The notes beneath the pieces were generated by a model. It was not told the DNA's origin and searched no databases. It saw only the letters and a list, made by a program, of their open reading frames with translations. A stretch of DNA of 64,000 nucleotides from Mustelus asterias. Lineage: Eukaryota. The DNA is taken from the NCBI RefSeq assembly GCF_964213995.1, contig NC_135830.1:4464001-4528000 (forward strand). Direction: 5' to 3'. This document shows positions 34,122 through 45,783 of the stretch, piece after piece. Position 1 is the first letter of the stretch. Each line of letters begins with the position of its first letter. A program made the position numbers and the translations under genes.

Positions 34122-37100
34122 ATATGTGGATAATTGGAACACATTCTGGGGAAGGTGGGACCTGTACAAACAGGATGGGGTGCACCTGAACCAGAGGGGC
34201 ACCAATATCCTGGGAGGGAAATTTGATACGGCTCTTCAGGGGGGTTTAAACTAATTTGTCAGGGGAGTGGGAAAAGGAGTTGTAGTCCAGAAGTCAGTGT
34301 TGAGGGTGGTGAGGTATTGGGGAAGATATCAGGGTCAAGGGTGGGTACCGGTAGACAGGAAGGTGGGTTGAAGTGTGTCTACTTCAATGCAAGGAGCATC
34401 CGGAACAAGGTAGATGAACTTGTGGCGTAGATTGGTATTTGGGACTACGATGTTGTGGCCATTACGGAGACGTGGGTAGAACAAGGACAGGAATGGTTGT
34501 TGGACGTTCCGGGGTATAGATGTTTCAGCAAGTGTAGGGAAGCTGGTAAAAGAGGTGGAGGAGTAGCATTGTTAATCAAGGATAGTTTAATGTCTGCGGA
34601 AAGGCACTTCGAGGGGGATCTGCACACTGTTGTAATATGGGCTGAGGTTAGAAATAGGAACGGAGTGGTTACGTTGTTAGGAGTTTACTATAGGCCCCCA
34701 AATAGTAATAGAGATGTGGAGGAAGAAATTGCTAAGCAGATTATGGATATGTGTGGGGGTCACAGGGTAGTTGTCATGGGGGACTTTAACTTTCCAAATA
34801 TTGATTGGAACCTTTGTAGGTCAAATAGTTCGGATGGGGCAGTTTTTGTGCAGTGTGTGCAGGAGGGTTTCCTGACACAATATGTGGATAGGCAGACAAG
34901 AGGTGAGGCCACATTGGATTTGGTACTGGGAAATGAACCGGGCCAAGTGTTAGATTTGGTTGTGGGAGAGCACTTTGGAGATAGTGACCACAATTCGGTG
35001 TCTTTTGTTATTGCAATGGAGAGGGATAGGGCCGTACGGCAGGGCAAGGTTTACAATTGGGGGAGAGGTAATTATGATGCGATTAGGCAAGAATTAGGGG
35101 GCATAAGTTGGGAACAGAAACTGTCAGGGAAAGGCACTAATGAAAAGTGGAACTTTTTCAAGGAACTAATACTGTGTGTCCTTGATAGGTATGTCCCTGT
35201 CAGGTAGGGAGGAAATGGCCGAGTGAGGGAACCATGGTTCACGAAAGAGGTGGAATGTCTTGTGAAAAGGAAGAGGGAAGCTTATGTAGGGATGAGGAAA
35301 CAAGGTTCAGATGGCTCGATTGAGGGTTACAAGTTAGCAAGGAACGAGCTGAAAAAGGGGCTTAGGAGAGCTAGGAGGGGACATGAGAAGTCCTTGGTGG
35401 GTCGGATCAAGGAAAACCCCAAGGCTTTTTACTCTTATGTGAGGAATAAAAGAATGACCAGGGTGAGGTTAGGGCCGGTCAAGGACAGTAGTGGGAACTT
35501 GGGTATGGAGTCAGTAGAGATAGGCGAGGTGATGAAAATGAATACTTTTCTTCAGTGTTCACCAAGGAGAGGGGCCATGTTTTTGAGGAAGAGAAGGTGT
35601 TACAGGCTAATAGGCTGGAGTAAATAGATGTTCGGAGGGAGGATGTCCTGGCAGTTTTGAATAAACTGAAGGTTGATAAGTCCCCTGGGCCTGATGAAAT
35701 ATATCCCAGGATTCTTTGGGAGGCAAGGGATGAGATTGCAGAGCCTTTGGCTTTGATCTTTGGGTCCTCATTGTCCACGGGGATGGTGCCAGAGGACTGG
35801 AGAGTGGCGAATGTTGTTCCTCTGTTTAAGAAAGGGAATAGAAATGACCCTGGTAATTATAGACCGGTTAGTCTTACTTCGGTGGTTGGTAAATTGATGG
35901 AAAAGGTCCTTAGGGATGGGATTTACGACCATTTAGAAAGATGCAAATTAATCCGGGATAGTCAGCACGGATTCGTGAAGGGCAAGTCGTGCCTCACAAA
36001 TTTGATTGAATTTTTTGAGGAGGTAACTAAGTGTGTTGATGAAGGTAGGGCAGTTGATGTCATATACATGGATTTTAGTAAGGCGTTTGATAAGGTCCCC
36101 CATGGTCGGCTTATGATGAAAGTGAGGAGGTGTGGGATAGAGGGAAGGTTGGCCGATTGGATAGGTAACTCGTTGTCTGATTGAAGACAGAGGGTGGTGG
36201 TGGATGGAAAATTTTCGGATGGGAGGCAGGTTGCTAGCGGAGTGCCACAGGGATCAGTGCTTGGTCCTCTGCTCTTTGTGATTTTTATTAATGACTTAGA
36301 GGAGGTGGCTGAAGGGTGGATCAGTAAATTTGCTGATGACACCAAGATTGGTGGAGTAGTGGTTGAGGTGGAGGGCTGTTGTAGGCTGCAAGGAGACATA
36401 GATAGGATGCAAAGCTGGGCTGAAAAATGGCAAATGGAGTTTAACCCTGATAAATGTGAGGTGATTCATTTTGGTAGGACTAATTTAAATGTGGATTACA
36501 GGGTCAAAGGTAGGGTTCTGAAGACAGTGGAGGAACAGAGAGATCTTGGGGTCCATATCCACAGATCTCTAAAGGTTGCCACTCAAGTGGATAGAGCTGT
36601 GAAGAAGGCCTATAGTGTGTTGGCTTTTATTCACAGGGGGTTGGAGTTTAAGAGCCGTGGGGTTATGCCGCAACTGCACTGGACCTTGGTGAGACCACAT
36701 TTAGAATATTGTGTGCAGTTCTGGTCTCCTCACTATAAGAAGGATGTGGAAGCGCTGGAATGAGTGCAGAGGAGATTTACCAGGATGCTGCCTGGTTTGG
36801 AGGGTAGGTCTTATGAGGAAAGGTTGAGGGAGCTAGGGCTGTTCTCTCTGGAGCGGAGGAGGCTGAGGGGAGACTTAATAGAGGTTTATAAAATGATGAA
36901 GGGGATAGATAGAGTGAACGTTCAAAGACTATTTCCTCGGGTGGATGGAGCTATTACAAGGGGGCATAACAATAGGGTTCATTGTGGGAGATATAGGAAG
37001 GATATCAGAGGTAGGTTCTTTATGCAAAGAGTGGTTGGGGTGTGGAATGGACTGCCTGCAGTGATAGTGGAGTCAGACACTTTAGGAACATTTAAGCAGT

Positions 37101-37235
37101 TATTGGATAGGCACATGGAGCACACCAGGATGATAGGGAGTGGGATAGCTTGATCTTGGTTTCAGATAAAGCTCGGCACAACATCGTGGGCCGAAGGGCC
37201 TGTTCTGTGCTGTACTGTTCTATGTTCTATGTTCT
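34122..37235 (+). mobile_element. Long CR1 LINE copy: ORF1 esterase C-terminus plus ORF2 APE endonuclease and RT, with several stops and frameshifts
   Basis: FWGRWDLYKQDGVHLN (SGNH DxxH), CVYFNARSIRNK, AITETW, YRPP, MGDFN, SDHN, then RT motifs and a (GTTCTAT)n tail. Confidence 0.92.
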
Positions 37236-37972
37236 ATATTAAATATGAATACATGTATTGAATACATGCATCTTCATTCTGAGTTGAATATCTCGGGAAT
37301 ATGCAACATTGCATTGCAAACATGACTGACCAATAAAAGAAATCGAGTCACTGGGTAGTAAACGTCCCATGGTGCTTATTTGAGATAGTCAGCTTTTAAA
37401 CAATATCAAATATCTTTAAAGGGAAAAGGTTTAAGAATGATCTGCTAGTTATACTTGATCCCTCTTTATTCTGCGCGTGAAACATTCTGGCGCCTAAATC
37501 CCGTTCATCTATAGAAAAGTCCAGCAGATCTACACTGAGTTTCGATTTACTCATCTGCCTGAGTGATTTTTTCCCATTTCTTTATTCTGAAGAACAATTT
37601 TAAAAATATGCTTCCAGGAAATGTGCGCCATTTCCTCTAGTTCAGTTACACTTTCACTTCTGTCTGTGTTTATGAGCACACACTGCTATTACACATGTTT
37701 CAGATGGTGATTAACTATGTTAGTCTGCATTTATAAATCCATTAAATTCTGTTATGGACTGAACAAGTTGCTAATATGCGCACGGTGTCAAAGTACAAAC
37801 ATTTATTTCCTCATTGCGTCTTAAAATACAGCATTTCTGCTTTTGCTGAGAGCATTTGTGGCCGAGGTCAGACCAAAGATAACATGGCTGCAACATCGAG
37901 ATTCGGATAATGTTCAGCAACAACTGAAACCATGCAAAACTTCCCTCATACAAAATGAATAATTTCAATAAA

Positions 37973-38045
37973 TGTTTCTGCCCGGTTTCGAACCGGGGAC
38001 CTTTCGCGTGTGAGGCGAACGTGATAACCACTACACTACAGAAAC
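37973..38045 (-). tRNA. tRNA-Val-CAC: tRNA-Val(CAC), apparently intact
   Basis: Reverse complement GTTTCTGTAGTGTAGTGGTTATCACGTTCGCCTCACACGCGAAAGGTCCCCGGTTCGAAACCGGGCAGAAACA. This is the vertebrate Val-CAC sequence with a compensatory T6:A acceptor-stem pair; a T4 run follows about 18 nt downstream. Confidence 0.95.
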
Positions 38046-38267
38046 AGCTGACAGCATAGCGCCGCCAATTGGCCTGACCACAATGTTCAACTCGACTGTG
38101 TTGCTGCAGGCTCGACTGGTTATACTGAGAGTCCATGTCACTTAATACAAGACAAAAATCGTTTCTTTCAACCTGATTTCTCAACTCATCTTGAACTTCA
38201 ACATTTATAAGCGGTCGTCCGGCAAATATCTAAGGGAGCAATGATTTCTGCTCAATAATTAATGCAT

Positions 38268-39828
38268 CGATAAGTCGCCTGGGCCTGATGAAATATATCC
38301 TAGGATTCTTTGGGAGGCAAGGGATGAGATTGCAGAGCCTTTGGCTTTGATCTTTGGGTCCTCACTGTCCATGGGGATGGTGCCAGAGGACTGGAGAGTG
38401 GCGAATGTTGTTCCTCTGTTTAAGAAAGGGAATAGAAATGACCCTGGTAATTATAGACCGGTTAGTCTTACTTCGGTGGTTGGTAAATTGATGGAAAAGG
38501 TCCTTAGGGATGGGATTTACGACCATTTAGAAAGATGCGGATTAATACGGGATAGTCAGCACGGATTCGTGAAGGGCAAGTCGTGCCTCACAAATTTGAT
38601 TGAATTTTTTGAGGAGGTAACTAAGTGTGTTGATGAAGGTAGGGCAGTTGATGTCATATACATGGATTTTAGTAAGGCATTTGATAAGGTCCCCCATGGT
38701 TGGCTTATGATGAAAGTGAGGAGGTGTGGGATAGAGGGAAGGTTGGCCGATTGGATAGGTAACTGGCTGTCTGATCGAAGACAGAGGGTGGTGGTGGATG
38801 GAAAATTTTCGGATTGGAGGCAGGTTGCTAGCGGAGTGCCACAGGAATCAGTGCTTGGTCCTCTGCTCTTTGTGATTTTTATTAATGACTTAGAGGAGGT
38901 GGCTGAAGGGTGGATCAGTAAATTTGCTGATGACACCAAGATTGGTGGAGTAGTGGATGAGGTGGAGGGCTGTTGTAGGCTGCAAGGAGACATAGATAGG
39001 ATGCAAAGCTGGGCTGAAAAATGGCAAATGGAGTTTAACCCTGATAAATGTGAGGTGATTCATTGGTAGGACTAATTTAAATGTGGATTACAGGGTCAAA
39101 GGTAGGGTTCTGAAGACAGTGGAGGAACAGAGAGATCTTGGGGTCCATATCCACAGATCTCTAAAGGTTGCCACTCAAGTGGATAGAGCTGTGAAGAAGG
39201 CCTATAGTGTGTTAGCTTTTATTAACAGTGGGTTGGAGTTTAAGAGCCGTGGGGTTATGCTGCAACTGTACTGGACCTTGGTGAGACCACATTTGGAATA
39301 TTGTGAGCAGTTCTGGTCACCTCACTATAAGAAGGATGTGGAAGCGCTGGAAAGAGTGCAGAGGAGATTTACCAGGATGCTGCCTGGTTTGGAGGGTAGG
39401 TCTTATGAGGAAAGGTTGAGGGAGCTAGGGCTGTTCTCTCTGGAGCGGAGGAGGCTGAGGGGAGACTTAATAGAGGTTTATAAAATGATGAAGGGGATAG
39501 ATAGAGTGAACGTTCAAAGACTATTTCCTCGGGTGGATGGAGCTATTACAAGGGGGCATAACTATAGGGTTCATGGTGGGAGATATAGGAAGGATATCAG
39601 AGGTAGGTTCTTTACGCAGAGGGTGGTTGGGGTGTGGAATGGGCTGCCTGCAGTGATGGTGGGGTCGGACACTTTGGGAACATTTAAGCGGTTATTGGAT
39701 AGGCACATGGAGCACACCAGGATGATAGGGAGTGGGATAGCTTGATCTTGGTTTCAGATAAAGCTCGGCACAACATCGTGGGCCGAAGGGCCTGTTCTAT
39801 GCTGTACTGTTCTATGTTCTATGTTCTA
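38268..39828 (+). mobile_element. 5'-truncated CR1 LINE, near-identical to the 3' half of 34122-37235
   Basis: ORFs 38341-39069 and 39083-39745 with one frameshift; the same C-terminus ...HMEHTRMIGSGIA. Confidence 0.92.
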
Positions 39829-40635
39829 TCATTCTCATCTTCTTTCGAATAATTTCAACCAGTTCTACCCAATATTTGTTCGCTGTTCAATGTTTAATAT
39901 TAATATATTTTTATTAATTACATATCTCCTCATTCTGAATGAAATATCTCCGAAATAGACAATATTGAATTGCAAACATGGCTGGACAACAAAAGGAGTC
40001 GAGTCACTGGGTAATACACATGTCACGGTGCTTCATTGAGATTGACCACAATCAGCTTTTAAACAAAATCAAATATCTTTGAAGGGAATAGATTTAAGAA
40101 TGACTTGTTAGTTATACTTGATCCCCCTTTATTCTGTGTGTGAAACACTCAGGCGTCTAAATCCCGTTCAGCTGCAGGAAAGTCCAGTACATACGCACTG
40201 ATTCTCGATTTCCTCAACTGTCTGAGTGGTTTTCCCTATTTGTTTCCTCTGAAGAACGACGTTAAAATAATGGTTCCGCGCAATGTGCGCCATTTCCTCT
40301 AGTTCAGTTACAGTTTCACTTGTGTCTGCCTTTTTGAGCACACAATCCGATTAGACATGGTTCAGATGATGATTCACTTTGTTAATCTGCATCAACAAAG
40401 CCATTAAATTCTGTTGTGGACTGAATGAGTTGCTGATATGTCCACGGTGTCAAAACAGGAACATCTATTTCCTCTCATTGCGTCATAAAAATACAAGATC
40501 TCTGATTTTGCTGAAAGATTTTGAGGCTGAGGTCAGAGCAAAGATAACATGGCTTTAATATTGAGTTTCGGATAATGTTCAGCAACAAATTTCAATCATG
40601 TACACCTCCCTCACCCTTAATGAACAAATTTTAAT

Positions 40636-40713
40636 AATTCGGCATGGTTTTGAACTAGGGACCTTTTGTGTGTGAGGTGAATGCAACCAATGAGGTGAAT
40701 ACACTACAGAAAC
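40636..40713 (-). pseudogene. Degenerate tRNA-Val(CAC) pseudogene (cassette copy 3)
   Basis: Retains the 5' GTTTCTGTAGTGTA and CTCACACACAAAAGGTCCCTAGTTCAAAACC; an internal 10-nt duplication disrupts the D arm. Confidence 0.7.
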
Positions 40714-40796
40714 TGTTGGCGTCCGTAGGACCCAATGGGACTCTCTTGAAATGTTGCAACACTCATTGGGACTGCTGTCGACATATTGCTCCAAGA

Positions 40797-41112
40797 ATGA
40801 TTTTGATTTGATTTGATTTATTATTGTCACATGTATTAACATACAGTGAAAAGTATTGTTCCTTGCGCTATACAGACAAAACAAACCGTTCATAGAGAAG
40901 GAAATGAGAGTGTGCAGAAGGCAGTGTTACAGTCATAGCTAGGGTGTAGAGAAAGATCAACTTAATGCAAGGTAAATCTATTTAAAAGTCTGACAGCAGC
41001 AGGGAAGAAGCTATTCTTGAGTCGGTTGGTACGTGACCTCAGACTTTTGTATCTTTTTCCCGAAGGAAGAAGGTGAAGGAGAGAATGTCCAGAGTGCATG
41101 GTGTCCTTAATG
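40797..41112 (-). mobile_element. Rex1/Babar-type LINE 3' fragment
   Basis: HSGHSLLHLLPSGKRYKSLRSRTNRLKNSFFP motif and (AAATC)n tail. Confidence 0.8.
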
Positions 41113-41647
41113 CCTCTGCCAGTTATATTATGATGAGCTACCAAACTGATGTATCGGTGCGGGCTTGGTGGGCCGAAGGGCCTGTTCCAGTGCTGCACTG
41201 TTCTTTGTTCTCATTTCAATTTCCTTCTCTCATTCCATGAAGCTGATTTTTCTCCCTTTCAAGTCATTGTCCAATCCCCATTTGAAGAAGGAGTTTCTGT
41301 GGAATCCATGTACAGTTTGCTTTAAGTAACAACGTTTCCCTGACCCAATGGCATGAAGTATTGGATATAGCTTCCCAATATAGTTTTCAATGTAAACATA
41401 TATTTACAAATTTACAAAATTTACAAAACGAGTTTAATCGGATGAAGCATCTCCCCATTATTTCTGAATTATATATAATATAACTAATTAACTCCACAAC
41501 TTTCCAGAGTGTGGAATATAACAGAGGAGAATGAATCACCTATACCTGAAGCAGTCTCCTTGTGTTGTCCTCCTGTGTCCCGAACATCCGATCTGGCAAC
41601 CTCGAGAATGGGTGGGGAATCTGTCTTACCTACACTGACCTCACACG

Positions 41648-41936
41648 GGGTGGCACGGTGGCACAGTGGCACACTGCTGCCTCACAGCGCCAGGGACTCG
41701 GGTTCGATTCCTGGCTTGGGTCTGAGTGGAGTTTGCACGTCCTTCCTGTGTCTGTGTGGATTTGCTCCAGTTTCCTCCCACAGTCCGAAAGACGTGCTGG
41801 TTAGGTGCATTCCCATGCTAAATTTCTCCCTTCGTGTACCCGAACAGGTGGCGAAGTGTGGCGACTAGGGGATTTTCACAGTAACTTCATTGCAGTATTA
41901 ATGTAATCCAGCTGTGACATTAATAAATAAACTTTA
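41648..41936 (+). mobile_element. SINE, HE1-like head with the alternative tail
   Basis: Same structure as 23098-23395. Confidence 0.8.
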
Positions 41937-42562
41937 AACATGATATGGACACATCCAGAATATGTCTGGCTGTAAAAATAAATACATCCATTATTGCTTA
42001 TTCTCCAAAAGTGTCCACTGTTGAGTCATCAATTAATGATCACCATTGATGAGAAATAGATTTCTGGCTGTTCCTGTTGTTAAAATGGGCAGTTCCATCG
42101 CAATGAATATCTAACACGATATTGCCGCACTGACACGACCCCAGGGAATTCCAGTTCAGAAAGTTACTCTGGAGCTAGTACGCTTTTGACATTGTCCATG
42201 GGTGAACTTCTCTTGAGTGTGTCAGTGGCTGTTTTAGTCTGTTTGTTTATCTTCCTTAGTGATTGTCTGTGTGTCTATGTTTGAGTCGATCAGTTTGAGA
42301 ATCGATCACTGTGTTTACTTGTCCCTGTGTCGATGCTTTTGTTGATTCTGTGCGGTTCACGAGGCTTCTAGTGAACACGGAGTTGGAGTTATTCGTGTGT
42401 TTTCATAGTTAGCAACTCAGACTAATGTGTCAGAAATCTACAGAATAATTCCGGATTTATAACGAGGGACATTGGAATTGATGTCTGTGTCTGGGCTTTT
42501 ATCTATATGTTTATATATCCTGACACGTGTTGGTCTTTGCACGTGGCCGTGTGTGTATCTGC

Positions 42563-42797
42563 TTTCCCCGTGTCTGCGTGGGCTTCCTCCGTGTGCTCCA
42601 GTTTCCTCCAACAGTCCAAAGATGTGCAGGTTAGTTTGACTGGCCATGATAAACTGACCCTAGTGTCAGGGGGATTCGCGGGGTTAATGTATGAGGTTAC
42701 GGGAAGAGGGCCTGGGTAGGTTTGTGATCGGTACAGACTCGTTGGGCCGAATGGCATTTTTCTGTACTGTACAAATTCTATGATTCTATGATTCTAT
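42563..42797 (+). mobile_element. HE1-type SINE, 5'-truncated
   Basis: Core plus (ATTCTATG)n tail. Confidence 0.8.
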
Positions 42798-43025
42798 TAT
42801 CTAGATATCTATCTATCAGCCTTTACAGGTGACCGTGTGTGTATCTGTTTCCAATATGCGGCATTGCTGTCCACGGGAGGGCGCTCTCTGATCACTTATG
42901 AAAAATCACGATTCCCTTCGAGAGGAAGCGTCTGTTTGAAGATGTAAAAATGGGCGGAGAGACGAAGTGACTTTCGGCCTCATACCATTCCACTGATTGT
43001 TTCAACTTCTCCATTTCCAGGTCTT

Positions 43026-43784
43026 ATGCAGACAGTGATCACTCTGTTTCTGGTGTTCAGACTGGAACTATGGAGGTGAAAGTCTGTCTGTCTCTGGTTA
43101 TTGTCCTGGTGATGTGGAGATGCCGGCGTTGGACTGGGGTAAACACAATAAGAAGTTTAACAACACCAGCTTAAAGTCCAACAGGTTTATTTGGTAGCAA
43201 AAGCCACACAAGCTATCGGAGCTCCAAGCCCCTTCACTCACCTGAAGAAGGGGCTTGGAGCTCCGAAAGCTTGTGTGGCTTTTGCTACCAAATAAACCTG
43301 TTGGACTTTAACCTGGTGTTGTGAAACTTCTTATTGTCCTGATCACAGGACGGTCATTTTGAACCTTTGACTGAAATCCGCCAATCACCATATTAATTGC
43401 CCATTTCCATTTCTAGGCGATTATTCCGTTGTTGTTACTCCTTCTAAACCGCTGCGTGTCTGTTGTCTATTTTCAGAGATGAGTAACGGCGACTGTGTCC
43501 CAGTCAGAACCAAGAGTTGAAGCAGCAGAGGGTGAAGATTCAGCAATACCCTGCAGTTACTCTGTATAGGGTTTACCTACAGTCTGTGTCCTGTTCTGGT
43601 ATCGCCAGTATCCACACCGAGCTCCTCAGTATCTGCTCAGAGCCGAGAGTTATGGATTTACCGATACGGCTCCCGGCTTTAAACATTTCAGCTGGAATCT
43701 CAGCGAGACACAAAGCACTTTTCACTTGTCCATGAAAGATTTGAAGATGACAGATAACGCCGTGTATTACTGTGCACTGAGACC
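43026..43784 (+). pseudogene. T-cell receptor alpha/delta-like V gene segment 1 (candidate leader exon 43026-43075; V exon 43477-43784), pseudogene
   Basis: V exon after the TTTTCAG acceptor reads MSNGD/TVSQSEPRVEAAEGEDSAIPCSYSV*GLPTVCVLFWYRQYPHRAPQYLL...FHLSMKDLKMTDNAVYYCALR. It has the canonical C, W and YYC, a frameshift at ~43492 and TAG at 43567. The hydrophobic leader MQTVITLFLVFRLELW is out of phase. Confidence 0.85.
43109..43337. mobile_element. Palindromic Penelope-derived element (arms of ~90 bp, 43145-43337) in the leader-V intron
   Basis: Near-perfect inverted repeat whose centre carries CTGAAGA-AGGGGCT-TGG-AGCTCC-GAAA. The direct repeat TTATTGTCCTG lies at 43098-43108 and 43331-43341. 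Confidence 0.75.
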
Positions 43785-43823
43785 CACACTGAATGAGGAT
43801 CCCGCGGGCTTCGTACAAAAACT
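43785..43823 (+). promoter_or_regulatory. 23-bp-spacer recombination signal sequence (RSS)
   Basis: CACACTG (43785-43791), exactly 23 nt, then ACAAAAACT (43815-43823), directly after YYCALR. Confidence 0.9.
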
Positions 43824-44584
43824 GGCGCAGGTCCTCAATCAATGGTTCCTTGTCCGCAAAACACATTGCATTGAATTTCAGAGAAAATGTACAGATGATG
43901 AACCTGACAATGCTGCCCCAGCTGAGTGGCTTTCCCTCCCTAACGTCAGTGATTGTCACTGTTGGGGAAATGTGACATTTGGCGCTCAGATTATTCCTGG
44001 ATAAATCCAATCATTTCCTGATCCCAATCACAAAACCCACAGATGTCCCGAGTGAATAACTTAATAAATCAGTACTTCCAATCTTTCTGTATCAGATGCC
44101 TATCTGTCAGGGGAACCTGTTAAATGTGATCCAATATTAAAGGCACACTGAGACTTGTCACATTTTGAAGTTTCTGGACAGAAATAATGACTGATTGAAT
44201 CAGTACTTTCCCAGTATAAGAGTAATCCCAGTGGAAACGCAAGTCAATGTGGACTTGGGTGAATACTTATCCCCGGTATAAATAAAGCAGTAACTACTAT
44301 TATGTTCATGCAGTGGATGCACTCATTAATACCCACAGAGTAAATGAGGGTAAATTATTTATTTCACTTTTAACTTTATTTAGAAAGATAATCTATCTAT
44401 AAAAAGGGGGACATTGAGTTCGAACGAAAGAGGGTTAACCGAGAAAGAGACAGTGTAACTGATAACGTTATTCACCTTTCATGGAGAGAGAAAGAGAGTG
44501 AGAAAAACACACACAGCCCGGGATGGAATGTGTTTGGAGGGAGCCAGCTGTGTTTAGTCCTCCACTAACAGTGTTTGGTCCACA

Positions 44585-44690
44585 GCTGACGTCATCTCAA
44601 GGGGACCAGCCAATTGCAACACTGAGAAAACCCCCCAATTTGCCAATTATTGAAGCTGCCTCTGATCTGAGTTTACTCCGTGATATAAGA
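44585..44690 (+). promoter_or_regulatory. V-gene promoter: CRE (TGACGTCA 44587-44594), CCAAT boxes and TATAA
   Basis: A perfect CRE palindrome, CCAAT at ~44610, 44635 and 44643, and TATAA at ~44684, all 60-160 bp upstream of the leader ATG. CRE elements are an established feature of TCR V promoters. Confidence 0.65.
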
Positions 44691-44747
44691 CTAGAAGCAA
44701 CAACATATTTTAAACAGTGTCGCTGTTCCTGTCCAGTCAGGAACCAC

Positions 44748-45187
44748 ATGTTCCCTGCGTGTTCTACTGATAATAATGGACATGCTGCCCCGTGAGTCTG
44801 AGCTCAAATCCTCAGTGTGTGTTCAATGGGTTATATTCACTCACAGATTTCTCACACAGTCTATATGTTGTTACAGGAACCAATGGCCAAACTTCAGTTT
44901 CCCAGGAGCCGCCTGAATGAACGGTTCAGGAAGTACAGACGGTAATTTTGAACTGCAGTTATAAAGCTAAATACATTGACCAAACTCTATTCTGGTACAT
45001 CCTGTACCCCGGAGAAGCTCCGAGATATTTATTGAAAAGTTACGGCAAGGGGAAGGGGGATAAGTCTCCTGATTTTTCGGACCAGTTTTCTGCTAATTTG
45101 GACAGAGACAAGAAAACAGCTCCATTAAATATCACCGGGGTCCGTGTCTCTGTCTCTGCCGTGTATCTGTAACAGTGTGCGCTGAAC
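44748..45187 (+). pseudogene. T-cell receptor alpha/delta-like V gene segment 2 (leader 44748-44791, 85-nt intron, V exon 44877-45187), pseudogene
   Basis: Leader M/SLRVLLIIMDMLP with one extra T, then C|GTGAGT donor and TTACAG|GA acceptor. V exon: TNGQTSVSQEPPE*TVQEVQTVILNCSYKAKYIDQTLFWYILYPGEAPRYLL...DFSDQFSANLDRDKKTAPLNITGVRVSVSAVYL*QCAL, with stops at 44918 and 45170. Confidence 0.88.
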
Positions 45188-45224
45188 CGCAGTTACAGAG
45201 TCGCAGTTAGTCCGTACAAAAACC
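45188..45224 (+). promoter_or_regulatory. Degenerate 23-type RSS
   Basis: CGCAGTT heptamer (5 of 7, CAC broken), 21-nt spacer, and a perfect ACAAAAACC (45216-45224). Confidence 0.75.
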
Positions 45225-45324
45225 AGCAAAGCATTCTCACCTCCTCACACTGAATCCGATCTCTGAGCTGGATTGTGAACAGTTAATAGAAACAAAATCA
45301 TCTCATTAAAACCAATTAAACCGA

Positions 45325-45783
45325 ATGAGGGCATTAGTTATGAGGAGAGATTGAGTAAACTAGGGTTGTTCTCCCTGGAAAGACAGAGGTTGAGGGGCGA
45401 CCTAATAGAAGATTATAACATTATGAAGGGCACAGATAGGGTGAACAGTTGGAAGCTTTTTCCCAGGTCAGAAATGACAAACACAAGGGGTCACAAGTTC
45501 AATGTAAGGGGGGGGGGGGGGGTGGGGTGGGGGGGGGGCAAGGTTCAAGACAGATATGCGGGGGCTGTATTCTACACAGAGGGTGCTGGGGGCCTGGAAT
45601 GCACTGCCAAGCAAGGTGGTTGAGGCAGTCACGCTAGGATCATTTAAGACTTATCTGGATAGGCACATGAACAGACTGGGAATAGAGGGATGCAAACGGA
45701 TGGTCTAGTTAGGAGCACATGATCGGTGCAGGCTTGGAGGGCCGAAGGGCCTGTTCCTGTGCTGTATTGTTCTTTGTTCTTTG
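45325..45783 (+). mobile_element. CR1 LINE 3' fragment with a G-run insertion
   Basis: LGLFSLERQRLRGDLIE...TRGH; (GTTCTTT) tail. Confidence 0.85.
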
